Shown here in pieces: positions 9,864-20,604 of a stretch of DNA of 64,000 nt (position 1 is its first letter; each line of letters opens with the position of its first letter). A program made the position numbers and the translations under genes. Source of the stretch: Candidatus Latescibacterota bacterium (GTDB lineage: Bacteria > Latescibacterota > UBA2968 > UBA8231); assembly GCA_965261395.1 (NCBI GenBank), contig OZ253462.1, positions 3,168,001-3,232,000 of the forward strand, written 5' to 3'. Below the pieces are notes generated by a model that saw nothing but the letters and a program-made list of their open reading frames with translations, was not told the DNA's origin and searched no databases.

Positions 9864-11645
9864 TCAGTACACTACGGCAATGCTCCGCATCTGTGTGGCG
9901 ATGCCGGCGTCGGTAGCGGCCTTGAGGCGAAGCAGGTACATGCCCGGCGGCACGACGCCGGCGTTGTCGCGGCCATCCCAGCTAACTTGGTTGGGGCCGG
10001 AGCGGTCGCGGGCTTTGTAGAGGCGATGCACCGGCCGGCCGCTCAAGTCGTATACGACCACCTCGACTTCGACCTCGTGGGTCGCCTTGAGCAGGATGTA
10101 GTCGAGGGTGATCTGGTCGTTGATGCCGTCGCCATTGGGCGTTATGACCGCGGACGAGAACACGACGCCGGTAAAAAGCTCATCGTCGATGCGGGCGCTG
10201 ACGACGAGCGTGTTGTCGGGGACTTCCTCGGCTGCGTCGCCAAAGGCGACTCGCTGCGGAAATGCATCGGACTGGCTGTCGGCGACCTCGCCGCGAAATT
10301 CCGTGCCAGAGACGGTCACCAAGCTGGCGAAGCGCACGGCGACTTCTTGGCCGCTGCGGGTGATGCGCTCGTCGGGAAAGCTCACCTGTAAGCGGCCCAA
10401 ATCGGACGCCGAGATGAAGTCGTCAATCTCGACGCCATCAACGCGCACGCCCGTGGCGCGGGCCGCAAACGGAGTGTGGATGATCACGGTGTCAAAGCCT
10501 CGGTTGCCGCTCGAGACAACTGAGCGCAGGTGATAGGTAAATTCGTTCTCCTGCCCGAGGGTCGCCGTGGCCGGGCTGATTTCGGCGATGACCGAATCGG
10601 CGAGGGCTGGCACCGTGTAGTTGAAGACCACGGAGTCGATGACGGCTTTGTCGAGCAAGCTGCTCGACAGGAGCTTGAATTGGAACTGGAGGTAGCGCCG
10701 GTTGTCCGGCGAATGGATCGAGGATTCGAGGAGCTCGGCGTAGGGCGGGGACCACGCACTCCAGTCGCGGTCGTTTTCGAGGACGATACCAGCATACGAG
10801 GGGTCGAGCGTGCGGTCGAAATCCGCTAGGGCCACTTCCTCGAATTCACCGGGAATGCCCGTCTGGCGGAAGTAGAGTGAGTCCGTGGCGACGAAGCCGG
10901 TCTTGGTGCTGAACTGGGCCTGAGCGGTGCCGTCGATGCGGCCATACACATCGACCGGCCCGAAGTTGGCCGCTTCACCGAGGTCAATCACTTGCGATAT
11001 GTACTGGGCAAAGGGTGTGACGCCAACGCCAAACACTTCGAGGTCGCCCATCTGGAAGCCGCGTTCGCCCGTGCTGCGCAGCCTAAAAAAGCGCACCTTG
11101 GTCGGCGGAAAGCTCAAATCCAGCTCGGGCAGGCCGTGCGAGCGGTCTTGTGCGATGAGCGCGTACACGGGATTGCCGCCGATAAAGTTGAGCGAATCAC
11201 CGTCGTTGGCGTAGAATTCGTAGCCGCGCAGCGAGCGCTCGTCGTCGTTGAGGACGCCGCGCAGCAGGCGGATGCGGTGCAGGACGAAAATCGCGCCCAT
11301 ATCGACTTCGAGTTCAGCGCCGTTGGGGTTAGTGTACACGCGCCAGCCCGTTTTGTACTCACCGTCGATGAGTTCGTTGAGTATCTGATTGGAGCGCGCC
11401 GCGGCCGTGCTCACCGAGGTGGTCGCGCTGCCGCCGAGCTCCTTGATGCGCGGCAGGATGTTTTCCTCGGGGTTGGCCTCCAGCGGCGAGAGCCCCCTCT
11501 CGTCGGTGACTTCGAGCGCGTTGAAGACGAGCGAGTTGCTCTCCCACTCCAGCCCATCGCCGCCTATTTTAAGCCGTTCCGCGGCCGTGGCCGGAGTGCT
11601 GCATCCCATCGCTAGGAATGCTAATGCGAGTGCGGCACGGATCAT
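9864..11645 (-). CDS. Secreted discoidin-like + C-terminal FlgD-Ig (T9SS type-B-CTD-like) protein, paralog 4
   Basis: Start at ATG 11645; SPDNRRYLQ; ITPNGDGIND...YDLSGR...WDGRD...PGMY...AVVY*. Confidence 0.8.
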   Translation of the reverse strand: MIRAALALAFLAMGCSTPATAAERLKIGGDGLEWESNSLVFNALEVTDERGLSPLEANPEENILPRIKELGGSATTSVSTAAARSNQILNELIDGEYKTGWRVYTNPNGAELEVDMGAIFVLHRIRLLRGVLNDDERSLRGYEFYANDGDSLNFIGGNPVYALIAQDRSHGLPELDLSFPPTKVRFFRLRSTGERGFQMGDLEVFGVGVTPFAQYISQVIDLGEAANFGPVDVYGRIDGTAQAQFSTKTGFVATDSLYFRQTGIPGEFEEVALADFDRTLDPSYAGIVLENDRDWSAWSPPYAELLESSIHSPDNRRYLQFQFKLLSSSLLDKAVIDSVVFNYTVPALADSVIAEISPATATLGQENEFTYHLRSVVSSGNRGFDTVIIHTPFAARATGVRVDGVEIDDFISASDLGRLQVSFPDERITRSGQEVAVRFASLVTVSGTEFRGEVADSQSDAFPQRVAFGDAAEEVPDNTLVVSARIDDELFTGVVFSSAVITPNGDGINDQITLDYILLKATHEVEVEVVVYDLSGRPVHRLYKARDRSGPNQVSWDGRDNAGVVPPGMYLLRLKAATDAGIATQMRSIAVVY

Positions 11646-11687
11646 CGCTGTTCCTTTTTGCTGTAATAGTGGCAAAAGCACGTCTCC

Positions 11688-14063
11688 TCAATAGGCCACC
11701 GGCACGATCCGTTGCACCGTCTCGGTCAGGGAATCGCCGGCAATTTCGATCTGCACTAGATAGGTCCCCGGCTTCACGAGCGCACCTGTGCCGTCGCGGC
11801 CGTTCCAAGTGAAGTGGTAGCGCCGAGCGAGCCCATCACCACTGTCGAGGACGCGGACTTGGCGGCCGGCCAAGTCGTAGATGTGGACCCGGATCGGCCG
11901 CGGCGTCACCAGCTTGAGCGCGTCGAATTCAATGGCCAGCTCGTCGCCGATCCCGTCGCCATTGGGCGTCAGCACGCGCGTCGAAAGGGCCACGTTGGCC
12001 AGCAGGAGATCGTTGATCGGCAGTTGCACCGAGACGGATTCGCTCGGTACATCGGCGTTGGCGTCGCCTTGGTCAACGAGCTGGCGCACGTCCGTGCCGA
12101 GGTTGCTGTTGCCGAGGAAAAGGTCGAAGCGCGTCTGGTTTTGGTAAATGGTGCTGCTGAACGAGAGCTCGATTAGCTCCGAGCGGCGGATTGTGGCTGG
12201 TAGATCGACGACAAATCCCTCGGCGATCGGGGTGATTACGACCTCCACCGGCTCGTCGTCCAACTTCAGGCTGGTGAAATCAACGGGCACGGACGCGGTC
12301 ATCGTAAGGCGATCAAACCCCTGCGAGCGCCCGCCAAAAATCGGCAGGACAAAATACGTAAAGTCCTTTTTGACGCCTGGTTCGACTTGGCTGGGGAAGA
12401 CCTCGGCGCGGGTTTCGAGGGCAATGGGATTTTCCGCGTTCAAGTGCAGGGCGTTGATCGACGGTGCTGAGTTGGGGTCGTCCGAAATCAGGCGCAGATC
12501 GAGCTGGACATAGCGGCGCGGCGAGGGCGAGCTAAAAAGCGCGCCCGAAGTCACGTACGGATCGCTCCAGACGCTCCAGTCCGAGCCAACGGAAATCGTG
12601 GTTTCGGTCGGCCCGCGCAAGCTACTAGGCGTCTTGTCCCACTTCCGCTCGGTGATCTCTTTGCCCTTCTTGTCGAAGTAGTGAATATTCTCGACCACTT
12701 CCCCGCCAGTGCGGCTGCGCAACTCGATGCGCGTGCCGGGTGGAACATCGGCGTCCCACTCGACCGAGGTCAGGGCCTTGGCTTCGCCGAGGTCGAAGAT
12801 CGGCGAGGTTAGCGGCAACTCGGCGGGAAAGCCTTCGCCGTAGATCTGGAACTCGCTAATCAGGGCGAAGAGGCGGTAGTTGCCGTGGGTGCCGGAGCGC
12901 TCACCGCCGTGGCGGGAGGAGGGGAAATACTGCTTGATGTAGCGAATTTTCTGCAACTCGAATTGGTGGTCGAAGTTGCGGATATCCGTCTCGTTTAGCG
13001 GGCTGTCGTCAACAAAGGCGATCTCGTGGAAATTCAGGGTGCCGTCCGGGGCGATCGAGCCGTCGGAACCGAGGAGTTGGTACCAGAAGAAGTTGGCGTA
13101 GGAACTGCGAATTCGCGACGGGGCACCGGCCGGCTCGCCGATGATGCGGATCTGGTCAATCCAGTAATGGGCCCCTAGATCGAAAATGATGCGATTGAAG
13201 ATATCGAAGCCGGTCTGGGTCTGGTGGTAGGTCTGCATGCCCCAATTGGTGACAATATCGCCGTCAACCATGTTCTCGCCACCTGAGAGCACGGCCTGCA
13301 AGTCGGTGATGATGTCGATGTTGCCGCCGCGCTCAACGATCCCGAGGGAGATGTTGTCGCCGATGGTGGAGACCGAGATCTCGGCCAGGCCAGCACCCTC
13401 GACGAATTTGGACAGCTCAATGCGAATGATGCGGACTAGGCCCGAGGATCCCTTGAACTCGCGGATGGTCCCCTCGACAAAGCCGCCTCCAGTGTCGTCC
13501 GAGCCGGTCGCGCTCAAGCCCAAGGTGCGTTGGCGGGGGTCGAGGATGAGCTCGTGGCTCTCGTTGAAGCCAATTCCCTTGGAGATACCGTAGCCCAAGG
13601 TGCCTTCTACGGGCACCAATGCGTTGGTAAAGAACTGCTCGCCGCTCGACAGCAGGATGTTGAAAAACTCAAAGGGCGGCGCGGACTTGTCGAAAGCGAT
13701 GACGATCTCGGAGGCAGTCACCAAGCGGCCCAAGTCGAGTTCGATATAGGCCTTTTCAAGGCCGTCGGCTGGGTCGGGCGACCAGCTAGTCATCGGGTCG
13801 CCATCCATGACGCGGCCCGCGTCGCGGGCATTGCTGCCGACTCTGCGGATGCCGCCACCAAAGTACTCGGCATTGCGTACGGCGTCGATGTTTTTGCGCA
13901 CGGGCACGGGCTGAATGCGGCCGGTCGCTTGTAGCTCCACCGCGCCGACCGGGTATTTCCACTCTTGCCAAGCGGAGCGGGAGTCAAACGAGACGCGCTC
14001 GCCAGAGGCGAAACTACCCAACACTATAACGAGGCCTAGTGCGCGAGTGATTGTCATAGCCAT
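11688..14063 (-). CDS. Secreted discoidin-like + FlgD-Ig CTD protein, paralog 3
   Basis: Start at ATG 14063 (AAGGGAG RBS); DGDPMTSW; SPSPRRYVQ; LTPNGDGIGD...YDLAGR...WNGRD...PVAY*. Confidence 0.8.
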   Translation of the reverse strand: MAMTITRALGLVIVLGSFASGERVSFDSRSAWQEWKYPVGAVELQATGRIQPVPVRKNIDAVRNAEYFGGGIRRVGSNARDAGRVMDGDPMTSWSPDPADGLEKAYIELDLGRLVTASEIVIAFDKSAPPFEFFNILLSSGEQFFTNALVPVEGTLGYGISKGIGFNESHELILDPRQRTLGLSATGSDDTGGGFVEGTIREFKGSSGLVRIIRIELSKFVEGAGLAEISVSTIGDNISLGIVERGGNIDIITDLQAVLSGGENMVDGDIVTNWGMQTYHQTQTGFDIFNRIIFDLGAHYWIDQIRIIGEPAGAPSRIRSSYANFFWYQLLGSDGSIAPDGTLNFHEIAFVDDSPLNETDIRNFDHQFELQKIRYIKQYFPSSRHGGERSGTHGNYRLFALISEFQIYGEGFPAELPLTSPIFDLGEAKALTSVEWDADVPPGTRIELRSRTGGEVVENIHYFDKKGKEITERKWDKTPSSLRGPTETTISVGSDWSVWSDPYVTSGALFSSPSPRRYVQLDLRLISDDPNSAPSINALHLNAENPIALETRAEVFPSQVEPGVKKDFTYFVLPIFGGRSQGFDRLTMTASVPVDFTSLKLDDEPVEVVITPIAEGFVVDLPATIRRSELIELSFSSTIYQNQTRFDLFLGNSNLGTDVRQLVDQGDANADVPSESVSVQLPINDLLLANVALSTRVLTPNGDGIGDELAIEFDALKLVTPRPIRVHIYDLAGRQVRVLDSGDGLARRYHFTWNGRDGTGALVKPGTYLVQIEIAGDSLTETVQRIVPVAY

Positions 14064-14121
14064 GCTCCCTTCGCCCGTCCTAAAATTGATACACCATAGT
14101 GGATGGCCGCGGGCAGCGCGC

Positions 14122-15921
14122 TCAATACGCCAGCCCCACCAGCAGCGACCGGTCTTCAGAGCCGGTATCCGTATCAATGGAAAGCCGCAGTATGTAGAGC
14201 CCGGGCGGTGCGGAGGTTCCGCTCTCGTCCAAGCCGTCCCAAGTCACTTGCTGCGGCCCGTTGAGCGCGCCGCTTTTTTGCAAGTGCCGCACTGGGCGGC
14301 CCGCGAGGTCGTACAAGGTCAGGTCAGCGGGTACCTGCGAGAGGGCGCGCAGCAAGATATAGGATACCTGTAGCTGGTCGTTGACCCCGTCGCCGTTGGG
14401 GGTGAAGACCGGCGGATCAGCCCTCAATTCGAGGACGAGTTCCTGGCGCAACACGCCTTGGATGGACAGGCGGTCGGCTTGGACCTCGGGGGTGGCGTCT
14501 CCGGCCACCACGTCTTGGCCGAGTTCACCGGTCTGACTGTCGAAGACCTTGGCGAAAAAAGTGGTACCATAGACGGTTACCATAGCCTCGAAGCGGATGC
14601 GCAAAAGCTGGCCCGATTCGGTTACTCGGTCGTCGGTCAGTTGAATGGCCAGTCTGTTTTCGTCCTGTGTGTTCTCTTCTGTAAAGGCAACGGGTACCCC
14701 GTCTAGCTCGACGCTATTGACCGTCGCCTTGAAAGGCGTGCGGATTTCCACTCGGTCGAATCCGTCGTTGGCCTGACCGAAAGTCGAGCGGATGTAGTAG
14801 TCGAAGGTATTGCTCTCGCCGAGGGTAACCGTCGCTGGAGAGACTTCGGCCGTCAGCTCTTCAGCTAGCGTCGGGATTGAGTAGTCAAAGGATAACGAAT
14901 CGACAAAGGCCGACTGGCGCGCGTCCTCGGACGAAAACAACAGGCGGAACTGGACGTAGCGGCGGTTGCCCGGAGACAGTAGATCGCCAAAGAAGTCTTC
15001 GTATGGTGCCGACCAGGGGCTCCACTCGTCGATGTTGTCGATAATCGCGCCCTTGTTGGACGAGGTCAGATCGTCGTACTCGTCGGCCGCTTCGGGCGAG
15101 CCTATCGGCAAGATGGGCTCTTCCTGCCGATCCTCGCCCTCGAAGACCTCGGTTTTGCGATAGTAAATTTTAGGGTCGGGCACCGAGCCTGTGCGCGTCT
15201 GTAGTACCACGTTAGTCAAAGGGTCGAAGCGGGTCTGCAAGCGAAGTTGGCCAAAATTGGCCGCCTCTCCGAGGTCGATGACTTCGGAAAGATAGCTGCC
15301 GGTGGGCGCGAAGCCGTCGCCAAAGACCTCGACTTCCTCGACGATAAACTCTTGGCCGGAGCGGCTAATCAGGCGGATAAAGCGCACAAACTGGAGGGGG
15401 ATGTACGCGTCGATATCCGGTTCACTCTGTTCGAGATTTGCGCTGACTTGGTTGATGAAGGCGATCGGACGATCCTCGCGCAGTTGCGCGGGATTGCCGT
15501 CGTGGACAAAAAGCTCATAGGCGCGGAGGAAGATGTCGGGGTTGCCCTGAAAGCGAATGCGGTTGATCGGCAGGATCGCGCCTAAGTCGATGATCATGGA
15601 GGTGCCGTCGGGGCGTCGCTCCCGGGTGACGCGCCAGAAGGTCTCGGCATTGCCGTCGGTGAGCAGGCCGGTCAGATCTTCGCGCGCCTGCGGTGAGGAG
15701 ATGTTGCCACCCCGCCGCCTCAGGGTGAGGTTTTCGACGGCATTGGTGGTTGAGTCCACCACGGCCGGGAGCAGGACGGATTCGTCCATGGTGAGTCCGG
15801 TCAGTTCGCCGACATCGTCCCATGCAAAGCCAGAGCCTCCCGCGGTCCACACGTCCACAGCGCCAGCCGCCCTAGCGCCCAACAGAGTGCAGATCAACAG
15901 CCTAAATCGCCATTTGAACAT
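14122..15921 (-). CDS. Secreted discoidin-like + FlgD-Ig CTD protein, paralog 2
   Basis: Signal peptide; SPGNRRYVQ; FTPNGDGVND...YDLAGR...WDGLD...GLAY*. Confidence 0.8.
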   Translation of the reverse strand: MFKWRFRLLICTLLGARAAGAVDVWTAGGSGFAWDDVGELTGLTMDESVLLPAVVDSTTNAVENLTLRRRGGNISSPQAREDLTGLLTDGNAETFWRVTRERRPDGTSMIIDLGAILPINRIRFQGNPDIFLRAYELFVHDGNPAQLREDRPIAFINQVSANLEQSEPDIDAYIPLQFVRFIRLISRSGQEFIVEEVEVFGDGFAPTGSYLSEVIDLGEAANFGQLRLQTRFDPLTNVVLQTRTGSVPDPKIYYRKTEVFEGEDRQEEPILPIGSPEAADEYDDLTSSNKGAIIDNIDEWSPWSAPYEDFFGDLLSPGNRRYVQFRLLFSSEDARQSAFVDSLSFDYSIPTLAEELTAEVSPATVTLGESNTFDYYIRSTFGQANDGFDRVEIRTPFKATVNSVELDGVPVAFTEENTQDENRLAIQLTDDRVTESGQLLRIRFEAMVTVYGTTFFAKVFDSQTGELGQDVVAGDATPEVQADRLSIQGVLRQELVLELRADPPVFTPNGDGVNDQLQVSYILLRALSQVPADLTLYDLAGRPVRHLQKSGALNGPQQVTWDGLDESGTSAPPGLYILRLSIDTDTGSEDRSLLVGLAY

Positions 15922-15950
15922 AGCGTGTGTCGCCTCTCATCCCCATAGAC

Positions 15951-15987
15951 AAAACAAGGGGAGGGGAATCGATTCCCCTCCCCTTGT
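15951..15987 (-). terminator. Intrinsic terminator downstream of 16022-16933
   Basis: Perfect 34-bp palindrome 15954-15987 ending in a T-run on the minus strand. Confidence 0.7.
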
Positions 15988-16021
15988 GAACGTACTTAAG
16001 ACGAAGACTGCTAAAGTCGGT

Positions 16022-16933
16022 TTAGAGCTCTTCGCCTACCAGCGACTTGATCTGACCCCAAGAGCTTTCCTCGACTGCCGATTCCACGTCTGTGATCGAT
16101 GTCAGGAAAATGTCGGGCATGCCGCCGCTGTTCATAAACTGCTCAGCCATGCTGTACTGAGCCTGCCAGAAGAAACCGTTCTCGCAGCACTCTTCAGAAA
16201 GTGGATCATTGCCGTTGGCGTTGAGACCTTCGTCGGCGTCGTCAATCGAGATCGACATGCCGATGGTCTGCTCGGCCGTGAGCGTCCACACCGTGCTGGC
16301 ATCCGGACCGCCGCTGATCGAAAGCGGATCCATCAGCTCGGCGCTGAACTCGTAGTAGTATTCTTGGCCTTGGTTGACCTGACTGGCTTCCACGAAATCC
16401 GTGTGGGTCCACCAGAAGTTCAGGGCGTCCTGCTCGAAATTGCCCAGCGCGCCGTTATACATCTGGACGCGCGAGAACTGCTCGGAGAAGCTCAGGCACA
16501 TCTGGAAGGCCGGCTGCAAGTCTTGGTCGTTGGGCGCCGAGTACGGGCCGCCGCCTTGATTGTCGGGATCGAAATGCACTTCGCAGTTGTCATCGCGGAA
16601 AGTGCAGGCAGGGTTCTTATCGACGATCAGGAAATCGTCGTGGACGTGAATCATGGCGTGGACGCGGTTGTTAGCATCGCTCCAGCCGATGATCAGGTCG
16701 ATGAACAGGTCATCGGCGTCATCGGCACCGCCGGTCAGCGGATTCATGTCTTCGATGGTGACCTCAAAGCTGCGATCAACCCAAGCCCAGTCGGCATTGT
16801 CGCCATCGATAGTGGGCAGGGCACCGCCGGGGATACCCACGGCGAAAAAGAGCGGTACTTCAGCCGGTTCCTGCGCGAAGGCAGCACCAGCGACGAACAA
16901 CGTACCTAGACTCAAAGCTAGGATCTTACGCAT
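16022..16933 (-). CDS. Secreted acidic CBM9/DOMON-like protein with WGQIK tail, copy A
   Basis: Signal peptide; PTIDGDNADW, HVHDDF, DDNCEVHFD (CBM9-like pattern); ends SAVEESSWGQIKSLVGEEL. Confidence 0.7.
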   Translation of the reverse strand: MRKILALSLGTLFVAGAAFAQEPAEVPLFFAVGIPGGALPTIDGDNADWAWVDRSFEVTIEDMNPLTGGADDADDLFIDLIIGWSDANNRVHAMIHVHDDFLIVDKNPACTFRDDNCEVHFDPDNQGGGPYSAPNDQDLQPAFQMCLSFSEQFSRVQMYNGALGNFEQDALNFWWTHTDFVEASQVNQGQEYYYEFSAELMDPLSISGGPDASTVWTLTAEQTIGMSISIDDADEGLNANGNDPLSEECCENGFFWQAQYSMAEQFMNSGGMPDIFLTSITDVESAVEESSWGQIKSLVGEEL

Positions 16934-16959
16934 TGTTAAATCCTCCTCGATAGGTCTCT

Positions 16960-16994
16960 AAAAGAAAAGGCCCGCCACAAGGCTTTTAGCGGGC
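16960..16994 (-). terminator. Terminator-like hairpin in the 5' leader of 16933
   Basis: GCCCGCTA-loop-TGGCGGGC followed by CTTTTCTTTT on the minus strand. Confidence 0.55.
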
Positions 16995-17146
16995 GGAATG
17001 AATTATGAGGTTTCTCAAAAGTGTAGCGGTTGATACTGCGAACCTCCTTTCATTGGCGATTTTCTGGGACATTTTTCTCATAATAGTCGGTAAATAGAAT
17101 AAATATGTGCTTGCCTGTCAAGATTTTTTTACCCGCGAATCCCCTA

Positions 17147-19502
17147 CTAGTAGGCTACGGAGACAAGCGCTTGTGCCTTCTCGTCGCCAGCGTCGCCTTC
17201 GACGAGCACTTCGAGCACGTACAGGCCCGGGGCCACGCGATCTCCGTGGCTGTCGCGGCCATCCCAGACGAGCTCGCGCTGGCCGGCGCGGCTGTCTTCG
17301 CTGCGGTCGTACACCAGGCGACCGGCGAGGTCGTACAGGCGCAGGCGCAGGGGACGCGGTGCCAGCACATTGACCAGCGCGATCTCCAGCCTCAGTTCGT
17401 CGTTGATCCCGTCGTCGTTGGGGGTGATCGCCTTGGATGAGAGGGACATATTGGCGAGTAGCTCTTGAGAGACCGGCAGGCTGACAATGTTGGTGTTGCT
17501 CGCGATCTGGTCGGTGGCGTCGCCTGGATCCACGCGCTGGCGCACGCTCTCATCTTGGTTGCTATCTTGCAAAAAGATGTCGAAGCGCGTCGATTGCCGG
17601 AATACGGAAGATTCAAACTTCAGTTCGATGAGTTGATCGGTGCGGATGCGGTTGGGCAGATGGACGAGGAAACCGCTTGCGGTGGTGTCTATCTGCGCGT
17701 CGAGCGCGGTACCATTGTGCGCGACGCTCGTAAATTGCACCGGTGTGTCCGACTCGACGGCGAGGCGGTCGAATCCGCTAGTGTTTTCGGGCCGCAAGTA
17801 GCCGCAAGTAATAGGTAAACTCCGTCAGCACTCCCGGTAGGGCCTGCTGAGGAGAAATTTCGCCCAGCACGCGGTCGGCGAGGGGTTGGGTAAAATTGAG
17901 GGCCAAGTGGTCGAGAGAAGCAGCCACAGCCGGCGATTCCGAGGTCATGCGCACGTCGATTTCGAGGTAGCGGCGCGGCGAGGGCGAGAGGAAAGCCTCG
18001 CCAGAGAAGCTGTAAATGCGACTCCACGCACTCCAATCGCCGCCCGCGGCGAGGGTGGTGTCAATGGGGCCTTTGAAACTGGGAATGAGCTTGTCGTACT
18101 TTCTCTCGGTGACCTCTTTGCCGTTTTTGTCGCGGTATGTGTATGTCTCGATGATCTCAGTGCCGGTGCGGCTGCGGAGCTCGATGCGCGTATCGGGCGG
18201 CTCATCGCCGCTCCACTCCACGGAGTTGAGGTTCTTGCCGGTGCCCAAGTCGAGCAGGGGCGAGCGGAAGCCGACCTCCGACGGGAATCCCTCGCCGAAA
18301 ATCTGGATCTCGTCGGTGGTCCCACCTGCGCCACAGCCGGGGACTCTGTTGACGCCGCCCTCCTCGCCGAGCCGCTGCAAGGAAAAGCAACTGGTGTCCC
18401 AGTACTTCCACCAGATACGGACAAAGCGCGTCGGCAGCAGGTCGAAGTGGTGATCGACCAAGCCTTTGGAGGTCTGATTCCCAGGCGAGGCACCGGAAAA
18501 GTGCTTGGTCCACAGGCGAGTGCCGTCGGGCGAAAGCGAGCCGTCCGAGGTCATAAGCTCGTAGAAGCGGAAGCCCCAGCGCCGGCGGTGAACATAGTGA
18601 CTGGTGGTGATGCCGCCGCCAAAGCCGGAGCGCACGACTACGCCGCCGATAATCCGCGCTTGATCGACCCAATAGACCGCGCCCAAGTCGAGGACCATGT
18701 GGGCGAGGATGTCGACTTGGCCCCTAGAGGCCGTGCCAGCACGCCAACTCTCGTACAAATCGCCGTCAAAGAGCGCTCTCGCTTTGCCGAGGGGCTGCGA
18801 GTCGTTGCTGGCGAGATTGATGTTGATATCAACGCCCCCGCCGCGCTCCAACAGTCCGAGGGCGATGTTGTCGCCAATGGTCTCGACTTCGACCTCGGCG
18901 AGGCGGGCATCGGGCACTACGAGCAGCGGCTCGAAGCGGATGAACTGCAGCGGCTCGGCGTCGATTTCTTTGATGAGATAGGTCACCCGGTGGCGGGCGT
19001 TCTCCTTGAAGCGCTCCTTAGTGCGGTAGACGAGAGAGCCTTCGATGGGCGCGGCGATAAAGTCGGTTTCCGGCTCGCCGGTCGATATCAAGAGGTCGAA
19101 CAGCGCGAAGGGAGCGGCTTGTGCGTCGAACACTAGGGTGACGCTTCTGGCCGAGACTGCGCGGCCCAAGTCAATCTCGATAAACCACTCGTCCGGATCG
19201 GCCTCCGGGTTGGGTGCCCAGCCGGTCGCCGGGTCGCCGTCAATAGCCAAACGAGCGGTGTTGAGGTTGGAGCCCGCGTTGCGGATGCCGCCGCCGAATT
19301 CGTCCAAGTCGCGCACGGCATCGGTTCCCTTCTCAATTCGGGTTGGCTGGATCACGCCCGACGGCGTCAATTCTACCGCACCCCAAGGCAGATTCTCCCA
19401 TTGACGCCAGTCGCGTGCCGAGTCGTAGCGCAACTGATCGGCTGCTAGCGGATAGCTACTGCCCAAGACCAAGACGGCGGCGAGGGCCATGCGAAAATTC
19501 AT
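17147..19502 (-). pseudogene. Secreted discoidin-like + FlgD-Ig CTD protein, paralog 1, frameshifted by a 10-bp tandem duplication
   Basis: ORFs 17778-19502 and 17147-17797 join to FTYYLRPENTSGFDRL if one gccgcaagta copy (17791-17810) is removed; colinear with paralog 3. Confidence 0.85.
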
Positions 19503-19689
19503 AAATGCCTTCCTTCGCACATGTATCGCAACGGATGAACGTCCCAATAGCTTATTATTTATAGTTAAAAATACCCGCGCTGCGGAACAAGGCAAATGGA
19601 CTGGCCGCGGGCTGAAGCGGAACTCCCGCTCTGTTTGTATCTTACTTTCCAACAACCCTAACTGAGTCCTTTCTGGAGAATGTGCCAAT

Positions 19690-20604
19690 ATGATCGGTCG
19701 AATTGCCCTCTGCGTGCTAATCGCCCTGCCCGTCTGCGCCCAGCACGAGAAAATTGAGCGGACAGTCAGCCTGCCCACGGGTTGGGCCACCACCATGGTC
19801 CTAGTGCCGGCCGGGTTTTTCCCCCGGGGCATGGAAGGTGAAGCCTTTGACGAGCAGCCCGTGCGCGATATTTACCTCGACGCGTACCTGATCGACCAAT
19901 ACGAAGTAACGGTGGCGCAATGGGGAGAGTACCAACGCGACACGGGTGCGCTGATCCCGGAGTGGGTCTTGCAGAATACGGTCGCGCGGCAAAACCACCC
20001 CATTACCCTGGTGACGTGGTACGACGCAGCGGCTTTCTGCCAGTGGGCTGGCAAGCGATTGCCCACGGAAGCCGAGTGGGAGCGCGCCGCGCGCTGCGAC
20101 GACGGCCGCAAGTATCCTTGGGGCGACGGCCTCGATGCCTTTCGCGCCAATTACTTCCAAAGCGACGACCCGTTTGAACGCGGTTTCGGGGCCATCCTCA
20201 GCACCAATCCGGTCGGCTTTTTCGATGGCTCCAACAGGGACGGCTATCAAACGCGAGACGGCTCCAGTCCCTTTGGAGCCTACGACATGGTAGGCAATGT
20301 CTTCGAGTGGACCAACGACTGGTACCATCCGAACTACTACACCGTTGGCCCAGACATCAATCCCGTAGGACCGGACAGCACCGGGGTCAAGGCCGTGCGC
20401 GGCGGCTCGTACGCGATTGACGCCAGCCACGTGCGGCCCACGTACCGAGCACGGGACGCACCCAACTTCAAAGGCCCAGATGTGGGATTTCGCTGTGCCG
20501 CTAGCGCCAGCTTGGGTACAGGCACGGTGCTGCGCCGCGAGACGTGGGGCGCGATAAAGAGCACCTCGCTACTCTGGCCCAACAAAGGGGGGGACGATGA
20601 ATAA
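19690..20604 (+). CDS. Secreted FGE-sulfatase (SUMF1-fold) domain protein with WGAIK tail
   Basis: YEVT, RLPTEAEWERAAR, YDMVGNVFEW, RGGS, GFRC; catalytic FGE cysteines absent. Confidence 0.9.
   Translation: MIGRIALCVLIALPVCAQHEKIERTVSLPTGWATTMVLVPAGFFPRGMEGEAFDEQPVRDIYLDAYLIDQYEVTVAQWGEYQRDTGALIPEWVLQNTVARQNHPITLVTWYDAAAFCQWAGKRLPTEAEWERAARCDDGRKYPWGDGLDAFRANYFQSDDPFERGFGAILSTNPVGFFDGSNRDGYQTRDGSSPFGAYDMVGNVFEWTNDWYHPNYYTVGPDINPVGPDSTGVKAVRGGSYAIDASHVRPTYRARDAPNFKGPDVGFRCAASASLGTGTVLRRETWGAIKSTSLLWPNKGGDDE

Noticed and set aside
15557-16909. Long plus-strand ORF (450 aa), and similar ORFs such as 17886-19136, 3220-4338 and 62745-63761
   Set aside because: Antisense or alternate-frame shadows of well-supported genes in GC-rich DNA, with no recognisable motifs
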